Source: Geosiphon pyriformis uo1
Lineage: Eukaryota; Fungi; Glomeromycota
Direction of reading: 5' to 3'
DNA length: 64,000 nucleotides
Assembly (NCBI GenBank): GCA_016748015.1
Contig: JAAOMT010000085.1
Coordinates: 62,001 to 126,000 of the forward strand
The translations under genes were made by a program, and so were the position numbers. This document shows positions 1-13,500 of this stretch, piece after piece. The notes under the pieces were generated by a model, which did not search any database, was not told the origin of the DNA, and saw only the letters and a list, made by a program, of their open reading frames with translations. How positions within the stretch are numbered: position 1 is the first letter of the stretch; every line of letters begins with the position of its first letter.

Positions 1-1453
1 ATGGCATTTCCTTAGAGTATCAGTCTTGACCACAGCAGAATCCAAATCATCTTGAAAGTCAAATATAACCAAAGCAAACCAGAAACAACAACCAGAATCA
101 GGAGACTGAGGGATAAAGCATGTCCACCCACCAACTCGAGAAATCATATCACTAATTTCAAAAGCTGTGCAACCAGAAAGAAGATTGACCAACTTGGTCT
201 TGAACCTATCACAAAACAGAATGATCTCATTCTGATTAATAATTGGAAGAATCTTAACACTATCTTTGCCCACCAGAATTGATCAATGATTGAGAGCAGC
301 AGTAGCAGCATCCAATTTCTTAAAGTAAACAACCACATACTGCCAAACACCAGCAGGCTTCAGTATAACACGAGCAACTTCATCAAATACACCAAGAGCC
401 ATCTTAATATTAGCAGCTGACACACCCAAAGATACATCACACAGCACAACAGTGACAAGAGAGGAACCAGATTCAGAAACCACCAAAGACTTGGCAATTT
501 TGAGAATGGTCAAATAAACAGAGCTTGTAAGCTCAACCAGAAACACAGTTTCTAAAGACTGTTAAGAAGCAAACTTCACACAGAAAAGCTTCACATTGTC
601 TTTTAAAACAGATTTAGCACCCAAAAAACCATGTACAGACTGAAAAACAGCCTTAACATGAGCCAATTTGATTTTAAAAGTAGCACCAGGCACCAGAGTG
701 GAGGCCACCCACCCAGCAAATCTTTGACAACTAGTAATAATTTCCCAAGCACCACCAGAAATAGTACCAGAAACCAGAGGAAGAGATGATTCAGTCTTCA
801 TTTAATCAGCCCAGTTCTCAAGAACAGGTGACCCAACAGAAGGAAATTGTTTTGCTTTCAAAACTGGTGATGATCTGTCAGAAGACACCACATTTGGCAA
901 CACAGCCAGTGGTTGATCTTGGCCCATCTTGGATGACATGCCAGATGATGCTATGAAGATCTTATCTAAGATCTCATTGGGAACCACAAAGGAGTTCAGT
1001 GTAACAATAGCAAAGGCAAGCGACTGCTCCCATTTTTCTGAGCTTTTGGTCTTTTTGACCATTTTTTTTGAAAAAGTGGTGCTAAAAGCACCAAATGTTG
1101 AATCTATAGAAGAGAAAACCAGCTTATTTACTGGTCTGTTATTAAAAACTTTAGGGCTCTTAGTCAGGGTGAAGGCAACACTGGGACTAACCCAAGTGTG
1201 TCTCTTTGAGGAAACTTTGACTGGTGAGAAACCAGCCAAAGATGAGGAAGTTGCTTCAATGGCCACCAAAGACAGCTTATTACGATTATTGGGTAAAGGG
1301 AAGACTTCTAAAACATTTTGCCTAGTTGCTTTTATAACAGAGAGAGCTTCTCTAATTGAAATTTTATTAGATATCTTAGGACAGATATTCGGTGCAGCTT
1401 TTTTACTCTTCACTCTGGTTGTGATCATAAAATTAAGAAAACAAAGAGTTTTC
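1..1453 (-). mobile_element. LINE 5' end with degenerate ORF1 ('MITTR' ORF1 type), running off the left edge of the window
   Basis: ORFs 802-1428, 562-801 and 283-546 are in one frame separated by single stops. The RRM-like segment 'WQYVVVYFKKLDAATAALNH*SILVGKDSVKI' parallels 'WQKALVEY...RWSVLMGKDSVRV' in the 38777-40738 ORF1. The 5' motif GAAAACT (1447-1453) is shared with the other LINE 5' ends. Confidence 0.8.
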
Positions 1454-1454
1454 C

Positions 1455-2300
1455 AATATATTTATTTATTTTTTTTTTATATGGTTTTTTTAATTTGAAA
1501 TTAATTATAAAAAACAATATTAAATTTTTTGTATAAATTTGCTTTTTAAGTTTTTTTAAATGCTATTATTTAAATTAAGTTTTTTAATTTTTATTTTCTT
1601 ATCATTTAAAAAATTATAAAGTTTTTTATAATGTTTGTTTTTGTTATTATAATTTTATGTAATGTTTTTTTTAATAAAATCAAAAATATATTAATTATTT
1701 TTAATTAATTTCTAAGTATTAAGTTAAAATTTATTGTTTTGTGTTTTTTAATTAGTTTTAATAATTAAAAATAATAAAAATATATTTTTTATTAATTAAA
1801 AGAAAGTTATTGCTTTTTATAAAATATTTTAAACCAAATTAATTAATTTTTTTTGGTTATATAGTTTATAAAATTAATAATTTGGTTTTTCAAGTTAATA
1901 ATTAAATATTTTATTTTTTAGTTTTTAATATCAATTATTATTTTTAAGTCTAAAAAGCTTTTTTAAACTTTTAAATATTATTAATATTATTAATATTAAA
2001 GTTTTAATTATTTAATATTTATTTTTAAAACTGTTTTTATTGCTTTTTTTAAACAAAATTTTAATTTTTTGCTATATTCAAACTTTCTGCTAATTGAATT
2101 ATTAAATTTATATTTTATATTAAAACTATTAATCTTTATTAATATTTTATTTTGGTTTTTGGTTTTTTTGGTTGTTTTATTAATAAAACATATAAATTTA
2201 AATTTATTTTTTTAAAATTTAAGCTATAAAATTTGTTTGCTTTTTTAAAAACTTAATTTAAAAATATTATTAAAATAATTATTATTATATTTAAAAATTT
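1455..2300 (+). pseudogene. Hypermutated ghost of a MITTR-type LINE ORF1
   Basis: ~1828-1900 'ttttaaaccaaattaattaattttttttggttatatagtttataaaattaataatttggtttttcaagtt' aligns, mostly through C>T/G>A changes, to the reverse complement of ~135-205 (FKTKLVNLLSGCTAFEISDMISRV). Right boundary is approximate. Confidence 0.7.
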
Positions 2301-2544
2301 TAGCCAATTTAAAAACAAGAAAAAAACTTATTTATTTAATATATAAATAATTTTAAAGATTATAAATTAGTTATTATTAATTATAAAAAAATATATAATA
2401 TAAATATTATAATAAAAAATAAAATTAAGTTTAATAAAAATATAATTAAAAGATAATTACACAAACTTATTAAGAATAAATAAGTTTTTATTAAACATTT
2501 TAGCAAAATTAAATTATTAAATATTTTTGTTTTAAAAAATATAT

Positions 2545-2986
2545 GGATAATAAGGTGAAAAGCAAAGAAGCTAGTATTAGTAATGTGTTTAATATCGAAA
2601 ACATAAACAATATAGAAAATGAGTTACATGAATTCAAACACTTCTAAAACTGACAACATGATGAATGATACAACTCCAAAAAAGATGTAAATAAAAACAT
2701 TTGTCTTGAGTAAGTTACTGAAAGTGTCTTCTTTCAAGAATTTGAATGACAATGATACTAAAATAATATTGCCAGCATCTAAATTTGTTGGTTTGAAGAA
2801 GTTGTCATTAGTTGTAGCACAAAGCAAAAAAGTCAGAAATTATGACCTGAAAAAGTTATTCATATTAAATGTGGAGTTATCAACTGTATTTGGCAAGTCT
2901 TCTGTTGATAAATTAATAGCATTGAAAAAAAAATTTTATTGTGTAAATAGTTTTGGGAGAACATCTACTCTCTTAAAATTTTCTAA
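2545..2986 (+). pseudogene. LINE ORF1 N-terminal fragment (same type as ORF1 of the 33960-40867 copy)
   Basis: 'KLFILNVELSTVFGKSSVDKLIALKKKFYCVNSFGRTSTLLKF' matches 'KLFALNIELSAIPGKTIKDKLVCVKKIFYQVDGFGGASTPSKF'. Confidence 0.8.
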
Positions 2987-3049
2987 TTAAGCTTAATTTT
3001 AAATCATTAGACTTTTTATAATAAAAATAATTAAAAACACTTATTTTAA

Positions 3050-6000
3050 AATACTCAAATATTTTTGCCACAAAAAATGAATTTGGTTAAACCAATTTGG
3101 TTTATTACCAAATTTATACAGAAAATGCATTATTTATTAAGCAATATGCTTACTAAGTACCACTATTTGAACATAATTTTATAAAAAATAAAGTTAATTA
3201 AATGTTAAAAAACAGAATTATACAACTCTTTATAAGCTCATAATTTTTATTTGTTATTCTAATACAAAAAAAGAATAGAAAAATTTAATTCTGCATTAAC
3301 TATAGAAAACTTAATAATATTATTAAGAAAGATGTTTATTTTTTATTATAAATTGATAAAATCTTAAATACTTTATGAAAATCTAAATAGTTTTTAATTT
3401 TAGATTTTGCTAGTAAATAATTAGTAAGTAATTATAGATTTTAACAACCAAGAAAAAACTATCTTTATAACTCAAAATAGCAATTACAAATTTAATATAA
3501 TATTATTTGGATTAATTAATGCTTTCATAAAATTTTAATGGCTAATAAATATTATCTACTCTGAAATTTTGTAAAAATCTGTAATGGTCTACTTGAATAA
3601 TACAAATGTGTTCTTACCAATATTTAAAAAGCATTTTAAATATTTACAACAAATTTTTAAAAAACTTTAGACTATTGGACTAAAACTTAATCCTGAAAAA
3701 TGCTTTTTTAGAAAATTACAATTTGTTTTTTTAGAACATATTATTAAGAAAAACAAAATAAAACCCAATTCTGCAAAAATTGATAAGATCAAAAAATTTT
3801 TTTACTTTCAAAATCTGACTGAATTTTGGAAATTTTTAGGACTTATCTTATATTACTAAAAGTTTATAAAAAATTTCTTAATAGTAATTCAACTCTTAAA
3901 TTAATTATTAGTTAAAAATACAAAATAAAAATAGAGTAAAAAACAAAAATAAGTATTTAATTATCTGAGACAAAAGTTCATTAAAGCTTCAATCTTAATA
4001 TATCTTAACTTTATTAAAAAATTTATACTTGTAATCAATGTTTTTAGAACAAATTTAGGTATTATTCTGTTACAATAAGATAAAAAAAAGAACATATGAT
4101 TATATATACCAGTAAAGATTTAAGCATAGCCAAAAAAAATTATGTTGTCTATAAAATAAAATATCTCACAATTATATAGACTGTAAAATATTTTAAACAA
4201 AATTTACTATGTGACTTCTTTAATATTATCACAGATTACAAAAAACTTATCTGGCTAATAAACAAAAACTTATTAAAAAAACATTATACCAAATGAATTA
4301 TTTTATTACAACTTTACATCTATAATATTATTTATAAAAAATACTAAAAACACTAATACAAACTGTTTATTACAAATAAAACACACATAATTACCAAAAA
4401 CTACTTATTATTTGATCAAAATGAACACTAAAACAAACTTATACTTGAAATAGTATCTTATAATTCTTTAATTATCAACAAAATTATTGTTAAAAAAACA
4501 AACAAAAATTCAGAAACAAACTAAATACTATTTGATTAAAAAAAATATACTATATTAATATAATTTATTCTAAATAATTACTAAAATTAAAAAAAAAGAA
4601 TTAAAAGTAATTAAACTTTTATGATCTATTAAAATAAGAAAACTATTTAATAGAGTAGAAATTAATTTATTAAAACTACTAATTATTATTACTAAAAGAA
4701 ATTAATACAAACACTAAATCACTTGCTAATTTTATGTATAAAAATTTGATCTGTAAATATGACTGCCCAAAAAAACTATTTTCAAATTAAAAAACCTACT
4801 TTGTAAATAAGTTGCTTATTAAAATCAGCCAATATTTTGAAATAAAACAATTTTTTTTATTATTTTATCATCTACAGACAAATAAATTGGTAAAATAGTA
4901 TAATAAAACATTATGTAAATTACTGGTAAAAATAAGCAATAAAATAAAACAAAAATAGAATTTATTTATTTATTTAGTTTTATTGACATATTAAACACTA
5001 AAAAACAACACTACAAAATTCATATCATTCAAATTAACATGTAAAAAAAATGTTATGTTATCTATAAAATTAATAACAAACACTTATTTAACAGAATCAA
5101 TAAACAAGAACAACTTACAAAAAACTATTAAAAGACAGAACTGTTAGAAAAACTAGAAAACAATTGCTAATGTACAATTAATAATATTGAATACTTTCAA
5201 GAATAACAAAAAGTTCAACATAATAGCAAACTTTCAGAACAATCTATTGTTTACAAAATAGAAAACAAAATTTTATTATATCAAACAAAAGCAAAAAAAC
5301 AATAAAATAAAAAATTTGACAACAAATAAAATAAACTTTTCTATATCTATAATGTCTTAAATAATAAAGCATATAAGTTATATTTAAATAAAAAAATTAC
5401 ACACAATAACCAATTAAAAATTTATTAATAATAATAATTATCTGATCTATTAATATCTAAATTAAGAATACATATACTAATTGTGTCTTTTAACCAAATT
5501 TTATAAGACTTGGAGCCAATAGTAATTATTAAACATTATTTAAGAAATAATTAATCTGATTAATTACATTTGAATTATTATTATTAATATTTAAAAGAAA
5601 TTAAAACAATCTTAAAAATAGTTAAAAAAATCAAAAACATTAAATTATCAAAAATTTTTTTAATTTTTATATATAAAAATAATTCATTTTAATTAATTAA
5701 TTATTTATTTTATTATAAATATACTTGAAAATAGTATAAATATTTTTTAACTTTTATTTTGGCTACTACAAAAAAATAATTTCTTATTAAAAATTACTCT
5801 TAATTATTCTGAAATATTATTTAAAAAAAGAAATTCAGCCATATAAAAAAATAAGCTAAACACAAACTGTTTTAACTCTTATAACAAAAAACAAAAAAGC
5901 ACTAATACATTAATTAATAAAATTATAGAAAAATTTTAGCTTCTAAAAAATACAGTGTCTAAAGAAAAAACAAACTTAATTGCTTTTTTTTGTTATATAT

Positions 6001-7450
6001 ATTTTATAATAGCTGTATAATTAAACTTTTAAACAATTTACAACTAGAAAAACAGCAAAAAATTTGACAAAACAAAACTCCAGAAGTTTAAAAAACCGAC
6101 TAAAAAAAGCAACTTTAAGCACTGTTTTAGAACAGTATACCAACTCTATATACTGTTTTAATATTGTTTAGAAGTATTGTTAAAAAACAAAATAAACATA
6201 CTTATTTTTAATAAAATTAAAAGACTTATTAACAACAAATTCCAGAATTTACAAAAATAAATAATCTAAACAAATATACAAATCTTTATATTAAATATTG
6301 ATATTAAAAAAATACATATCAATTTTAATAAAGCTTAATCTTAAAAAAAAGATAATATTATCTGATAAAAATTAACAAAAATCAAAAATAATAATATTAC
6401 AATATATTAACCAATTATTAAATAACAGTATAAATAGCACAGATTAACAAATAAAATTAGAAAACATAATGTGTATATGATAATATGCAAATTGTGCACA
6501 AATGTATTTAATTTAATGTAATTATAAACAAATAAGCCAAGAGATACTTACAGTTAAATTAAAGACCTAATAGCTTTAACAATTATTTACTAATTAATTA
6601 TAATAAACATGAAAATATATAACTTAAAATATGTATATATTAATTATTAATATTTAGAATTTTAGAAAAAATAGTTTTTTAACTAGAAAAAATTAAAGAA
6701 TTAAAAAAAAATCAATTAGATAAAATAAATTATAATTTTAAAAAAAGCTAAAAAGTATGTTTTTTAAGCTTTGTATTATAATATTCACCAATATTAAAAT
6801 TAGTAAAATTAGAGAACTTTCTTTTTTATAATCTAGTCTTTTATAAATAATCCAAAAAACCACTACTTTTTTTTACTATTGTCTTTTTATTAATAAAAAA
6901 AATAATAGAAAAATCTAATACACTAATAAAATATGAATAAGATCCAAGTTTAATAAGATTAAAAATACATTAAAAAAATATTAACTACATGAAATTATCT
7001 AGAAACTACTTATAATAATATCTTGACCAAAATTAACAGTTAATTTAAAAATCCAGAATAAGCTCTTTATATCTTAAAAAAAATAATAATTTCTGATCAA
7101 AATTATTTTATAAATACTAATTTTGTTGAATTTTACTTTTTAATTATAATTTTTTTTGAATTTATTAGAAATAAGATACTACTTTACTATAAACAAAAAA
7201 ATACAAATATCTGATATTAGTGTAATATAAAAAAAATATATTTACAAGAGTTTTAAAAAAAGACACAATTAGAAATATAGAGATATAACAAGAATTTTTT
7301 TGAAGAATTAACATAATAATGGTTATTAATAGCAATTTTAATAAAAACATTACATAAAAACATTAAATCAAATAAAAAAAGCACTTATTAGAGGAAATTA
7401 TTTAATACTTGCTAAAAGTTAAAAAAAATTTACCAAGCTAACTTTTAAAT
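3050..7450 (+). mobile_element. Heavily decayed Ty3/Gypsy internal region (RT-RNaseH-integrase to ~5530, then an unassigned 3' region)
   Basis: YLDD reads 'tac ttg aat aat' (3590-3601); 'GLKLNPEKCFF' at ~3677-3710; YHPQTNGLVE reads YHLQTNKLVK from 4866; 'LEPIVII' at ~5510. Boundaries and the 5530-7450 assignment are approximate. Confidence 0.7.
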
Positions 7451-9160
7451 TCTTAAATAAAAAAAATAATAATAATTTATTACATAAAAATTTAGCATAA
7501 AAATTAAAATTAGCACTAATCAAGACTAATATATTTATTTTTATGTCAAAATTAGATAATTCTTTATATTATTTTTAATCTAAAAAGCCATAAAGATTAA
7601 TTATAGTATAACTACTAAAAAAATAATCTGTAATAATAAACACAATTTAAGAATTGTTTTTTTATCAAATTTTTTGTGCTAATAAATGAATTTAAGAATG
7701 CAAAAATTCTTGACAATTTGAACAAAATGTGAAATGTTTTGAAAAAAATAATAGTAAAATTAGCTAATAAAATGTTTTTTAAACATTGATTTAATAAATT
7801 TAACTGTTTAAAAAATAGACATTTATTAAAGGTTTTTAAGTTAAAATTGTTGATAACCAAGATTGTAAAAAAGTTAAGCTCAAATAAAATTTTTAGGCTT
7901 AATTATCTTATTAAAATATAGTTGATTTTTAATAACATTAAGACTTTTAAAGTTAATAATATAATTTATAATAGTGTAAAGTCACTAAATATTATCAAAC
8001 ATTTATTAATAATCAAAAAAAATTACTAGAGATCCAAGAATCAAAAGTAGTTGAGGATATTTTTATTAAAAAAACAATTAAAAAAAAAATAAAAAATTTT
8101 AGTTTTAACAAGAATAATATAATAAAAAGCATATTAGAATAATTGTTTTACAAGATAGTTTTAGATTACTTGATAATTGAAAAAAATTTAGTTTTAAAAC
8201 CAAATAAAATAAAACTTAGAATTGTTAAAATCATAAAAAAATAAACAAAAAAATAAAAAGTGCTTTTAGTGCTATTTAATCTGTAATTTTGTCAATATAT
8301 GTTTTTGAATTATATTAAAGATAATGCTTTTTTAAACATAATAGAAAAGATTAACATAAATGAATTGGTTTTGGTAATTGGTAGTCTGTTTAATAACAAA
8401 GTTGTTAGTTTGTTTAATATACTTAATAAACTATAAAAATATTGTAATAACCTAGTAATAAGATGTTTTTTGGTTTTATTAAATTCTTGTTTGGCTTTTA
8501 ATAATATTTTAGTTTTGTAAAAAGTATGAATTTTAATAATTTTTAAGTCTTATAAATAAGATAGTATTTTAACAAATACGTAATCTATTATACTTATTAA
8601 AATGGTTAAAAAATTTTGTTTAAAGTTTTTTCAAATTGTATTTACTTTACAAATAACAATTTTAATATTTTTTATGAAAACAACTTTATAGTATTAAAAA
8701 GTACTTTGACTCAGTCACTTATTTTTATTATTGGTTTAATAGTAAAAAATACTTTAAAAAAAACCAAAAACTTTGACTGGTTTTATAAAATATGCATAAA
8801 ACTTATAAATTAATTAAATAATATTACCTAAAAACTAGTTTAAAATAAATTAAAATGTGTGGGTTTTTGAATGATTACAAAGTACATAATAAGTTAAATC
8901 AAAATGAATTTTCTTGCCACTATTTTAAAAAATCTTTTATAATCTCTTGTTATATAAAATAAAAAGACATAAGCATTTGTGTAAATATAGAATTAATACA
9001 AACTTTGTAACAAAAACAGATAAAGTAAAAATTAATAAAAAAAGATTGTTCTTTTTTACAGTTAATGCTTTGTTAATAATACAATTTAGATAAAAAGTAG
9101 TTAAGCTTCAATACAATACATTTTGAAAATTGTTAATAAGTTTTTTAAGATCAATAATAT

Positions 9161-9875
9161 TGTTACAGATTGGAGTAACAAGCTAACAAATAGCAAGGGA
9201 GAACAGGATTGTAAGGTGATGGAAATAATCAAAGGAAATTCAACTTCAAAGAGCGAATTGAATAAGTATAGATTCAATATGTAAGATTAGTCTTATAAAA
9301 TATCTCAGTCACTATACTTTTCAAAGATAACTGGAGAATCTGAAGGTAAAGGAATAGTCTGTACTGTCAACAAATAATCATACTTGGTATAATTCTATGC
9401 CTCATATTGGCACTCTTAAAATTCAATATTAAGTATCAGATGTGTTCTTTAGTCATGTTTTATTTAATAATTTTCAAATGTTGTAATTACACGTTTCAGG
9501 AAAAGGGTAAGGAATAACCAACAAGTAATCTTTTATCTTTAAGATGTTCAGATACTTGAAAGTAGAGAAAGGGAAATTAGCAATAAGAGAAGGATTAAGA
9601 TGAAAGTTGTTATTTTATTTATTTGATTTCCTTGATTTTTTCATATTTTTCTACAGTTAAGAGATTCATTGCTTATATAGCTATTAAAAGTGGTCAATAA
9701 TCAGATCAACGACTAGATCAATAATCAGGTTAATGATTAGGTTAATGATCAGGTCAACAGTCAGATCATTAATCAGGTTAATAATCACTTACTAAAAATA
9801 GAATGGCTAATTTATATGACATCAGTGGCTAATACATATAATAATTAATAAAAAGTATAAGTTTCAACCATAACA
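9161..9875 (-). repeat. 3' LTR of the Gypsy element
   Basis: tgttac...ataaca; colinear without gaps with 16199-16913; directly preceded on the minus strand by a purine tract. Confidence 0.97.
9692..9787. repeat. 8 x 12-bp tandem repeat (consensus GGTCAATGATCA) in the LTR
   Basis: Units ggtcaataatca, gatcaacgacta, gatcaataatca, ggttaatgatta, ggttaatgatca, ggtcaacagtca, gatcattaatca, ggttaataatca; the same array is at 16730-16825. Confidence 0.9.
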
Positions 9876-9888
9876 TCATTCTCTCCAA
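9876..9888 (-). other. Polypurine tract (PPT)
   Basis: Minus strand reads ttggagagaatga immediately before the TG of the 3' LTR. Confidence 0.75.
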
Positions 9889-10500
9889 AGAGATTAAGTT
9901 TTGGCAAAATTAAGCTATTTATAGTGTAATTAATTAGAAGAGTTTTATCTAACTCAAAGCTAACTAGTTTGTTGAAGTTTTTTGTGAATAAGATATATAA
10001 CACTTAAGACAAAATGAGTTTTGTATTCAGGAGACCAAATATTTGTATTAGAGTTTTGGCTCTTTTAGCAATAATTAAAACTTTTGAAACATCTAACTGT
10101 ATAATGTCCAAAATTTCTGCCTGTATTCTGAAGTTGTTTTCTTCATGAGTTTCATATCTTTTATGATTTCACCAAGGCAACCATAGAGTTTTAATTGCCT
10201 TCCATATGACAAGTTTTTGTCTATGAGTAAGATTTCTTGAAGTGTTTTTCCAATTGTGTTGGAAGATAGGAGTATAGCTGCTGTTATACTTTTCAACAGA
10301 TATTTATCTATTTTACTATCAATTCTTTCTCTTCTGGTAGTAGTTTTCTTTGGTCTAATAACAGTATGTGTTCTACTGTTATCAGTTATAGTGGTTTGTT
10401 TTCCAATGGTCAGAGTAACATTTGGATAGTTTTTGATCCAATACTCATAAAAAGTATAAAAAGCATTTTGAATGTTTTGATCCAGAAAATAATTGTTCAT
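9876..10500 (-). pseudogene. Extra ORF of unknown function between integrase and the 3' LTR
   Basis: ATG-initiated 135-aa ORF (10093-10500); the same frame continues past two stops up to the PPT. Confidence 0.55.
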
Positions 10501-10592
10501 ATTAATTAAAGATATCTCTGTTTTGGGAATGGTGCATTTATTTATACTTAATTTTTGCTGATCATTTGAGTTGGTATTATCAAAACGGGCAG

Positions 10593-13500
10593 CTAATCAG
10601 GTTGTTTATGATATTTTTTGAGTTGTGTACCAGGATAATCATTGAAGATTGTTCCAAATTGATCTTGAAGAATATAAAAACTATTGTTCAAAACTTTGTT
10701 GACTATAAAAGGTCCTTTCCACTGGCTAGAGAATTTATCACCATAAATATTGTCTCTATCTAAATGGTATTCCAATACTAAGTCACCAACACTTAAAAAA
10801 AGTGTTTTATAGGTTTTTTTTTTCTTAAGCTTTTTTTGGAACTGTTTTTATCTTTTCAAAAGCAATTATTTGTGCTTCTACTAAGGAGTTAAGAATAGTA
10901 CCAAGTCTTCTTTGCAAAATGTCTTTGTAATTTCCTATTGTAATCTCTTCAAAGAGTATTGTTTTAATGTCAGTTTCTATTGGTAGTGTTACTATGCGTC
11001 CATAGAACAGATAAAAAGGTTCATAACTTGTTATGTCATGATTTACAGTTCTATAAGCAAACAAAGCTAAAGACAGTACTTTGTCCCATAAGTTTGTTTT
11101 TTTACTGGTTTTGGCTAGGGTTTTACATAATATTCTATTGAAATGTTCTACTAGGCCATTTGTTTGGGGGTGATAAGAGGAGGAAAGTTTATGATGTATT
11201 CTCATTTTTCTACAAAGTTCTTTAACTAGTGTATTGAGAAAAGCTCTTCTTCTATTAGATAAAGTTTTTTGGGGCAGCCATGACAGCAGATAATATCTTC
11301 ATAAATGAAATTGGCTATTGAGACTGCTGTTTGGTCTGGGGTGGCTCTTGCTTTTACCCACTTTGTAAGATAGTCAGTAGCTGTGATAATATATTTGTTG
11401 CCATCAGGAGTGATTATTAAAGATCCAACAACATCTATACCAATTCTGTCAAATGATTGACCAACAAAGATTGGATAGATATCTTCTTTGTGATTGGGTT
11501 TGCCTCTTCTTTGGCAAATGTTATAGGTTTTGATGTATTCAGCAATGTCTTTTTCCAAGGTAGGCCAATAATAGCAAGCTAAAGTTTTCTAAATTGTCTT
11601 TGTTTTTCCAAAGTGTCCAGCTAATGGGTCAGTGTATATGTTGTATATTACAATTTCTCTTTCTTTAAATCTGATGACTCTCTGGAGGCAGTCAGGATCT
11701 TTTTTGTTTCTTTTGTATAATTGGTTCTGGCAGATCAAATAAAAATTTGATTGTTTGCACAAATGTTCTCTTTACTGTCGAGTGTATTTAGGTGGGTATT
11801 GTCTTTTACCCAAAAATTCCATTAAGGCAGAGTAGTTGTCCAAGTCCATTATCATGTTTGTTTATAAAGAAGTTATTAATAATTAAGTTGGTTTGGTTTG
11901 AGAGGTTGTACTATCACTGGATGGTAAGTCTAGATAGAGTGTTGGTATTTTGATGATTTGCTTCTTTGTGGTGTTGAATATTATAGTCGAATTCATCCAA
12001 GTAGAGTATCCAGCAAATTATTTTTTTGTGTTCCAGCTTCTTTTTCTTGCATAGTCAAACCAAGGCTTGATGATCTGTTATCACTAAGAATTTTGCACCA
12101 AAAAAATATTAATCCCAGTAGTTGGTAGTCCAAACTACAGCTAGATATTCTTGTTTAATAACTGAATAATTCTTTTCTATTGGTGTGAGAGATCTACTGG
12201 CATATGCTATAGCATGTTTTCTGCCATTTTCATCTTTCTGTAAAAGAACAGCACCAAGTTCATAGCCAGATACATCAGTGTGAAGGATAAAAGGTTGGTT
12301 CAGATTAGGTTGTTTGAGAATTGGTTCAGTAACAAGTTTTTCCTTCAAAAATTCAAAAGCTTTTTGTTGATAAGTGCTCCAGTGATAATTGACATTTTTT
12401 TTGAGTAGTTGATTAAGAGAAAAGGCAATTTTGGAAAAATCCTTGATAAATTTGCAATAGTAAGAGACCAAACCAAGAAAAAAGCATAGTTTAAGAACAT
12501 TCATTGGTTGTTTAATGTTTTGAACTTTTTCAACTTTAGCTGAGTCAGAAAAGATTCCATCTTTTGTAACAAAATAACCAAGAAATTGGGTGGATTAGCA
12601 TCCAAAGAAAGATTTGATTGGATTGATCTTGAGGCCAGCATTTTTGAGCAGATTAAAAACCTTCTGTAAATATTCAAGATGTTCATCCCAGGTTTTTGAA
12701 TATACTATTATGTCGTCCAAATAAACCAGAACAAAGTTTTTTTTACTAATTCAAACACTTTATCCATTAGGTATTGAAAGGTAGGAGAAGCATTAGTAAG
12801 ACCAAAAAGCATGACTGTGAATTCATAGGTGCCATACTTGGTGATAAAGACAGTTTTTTTTCTGCTTTCTAGATCTATCTCTACTTGCCAGAATTCAGCA
12901 GTTAAATCAATGGTTGAGAAGAAAGCAGCACCATTGAATTTATCTAGCATTGCATTAATTTTGAGGAGTGGGTACATGTCTCTTATAATGATGGCATTTA
13001 ATTGGCAGTAGTCAACACAGAAGCATAGGGTTTCATCTTTCTTGAATACCACTACAACTGGGAAAGCCCATTTACTCATGGTTTTTTGTATAAATCCAAG
13101 ATCTTTCATCTGGTTTATTTCTTTCTTGATAAACTTATCATTATATCAATTGGATTGATATGGCTTCAAATAAATAGGGCAAGTTTTTTTGGTAGTGATG
13201 GTATGTTGTATCACATGGGTTTGTCCAGGAGTGTCACCTTCTTTTGAAATAACTGGACTATTTTTAGCCAACAGATTTTCAATTTCCACTTTTCTTTTTT
13301 CAGAGGAAGATTCTTTTTGTTCTACAATTATTGATTGGATTTCAGGTGGTTCATTCTCAAAAAACTTTTGTACTTCTTTAAGTTCTTTTCAAGATATCAA
13401 GCTAATTAATTCCCAATCTTTGTAATAGATCAGGCAAGATTTGCATTCATCACTTGGTAAATACAAAGATTTATTATACTAATACCATGCACAAGAACCA

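Noticed and set aside
929-1498. 189-aa plus-strand ORF
   Set aside because: Antisense shadow of LINE ORF1; no independent motifs.
1455-2520. Possible mitochondrial insertion, endosymbiont DNA or centromeric AT tract
   Set aside because: Most of it decodes as hypermutated LINE ORF1; no organellar or bacterial genes seen.
7450-7637. Possible PPT and 3' LTR of the 3050-7450 ghost Gypsy
   Set aside because: Too degenerate, and no partner LTR in the window to confirm it.
9692-9787. Short regular repeats resembling a CRISPR or iteron array
   Set aside because: No spacers; it is a contiguous 12-bp tandem inside an LTR in eukaryotic DNA.
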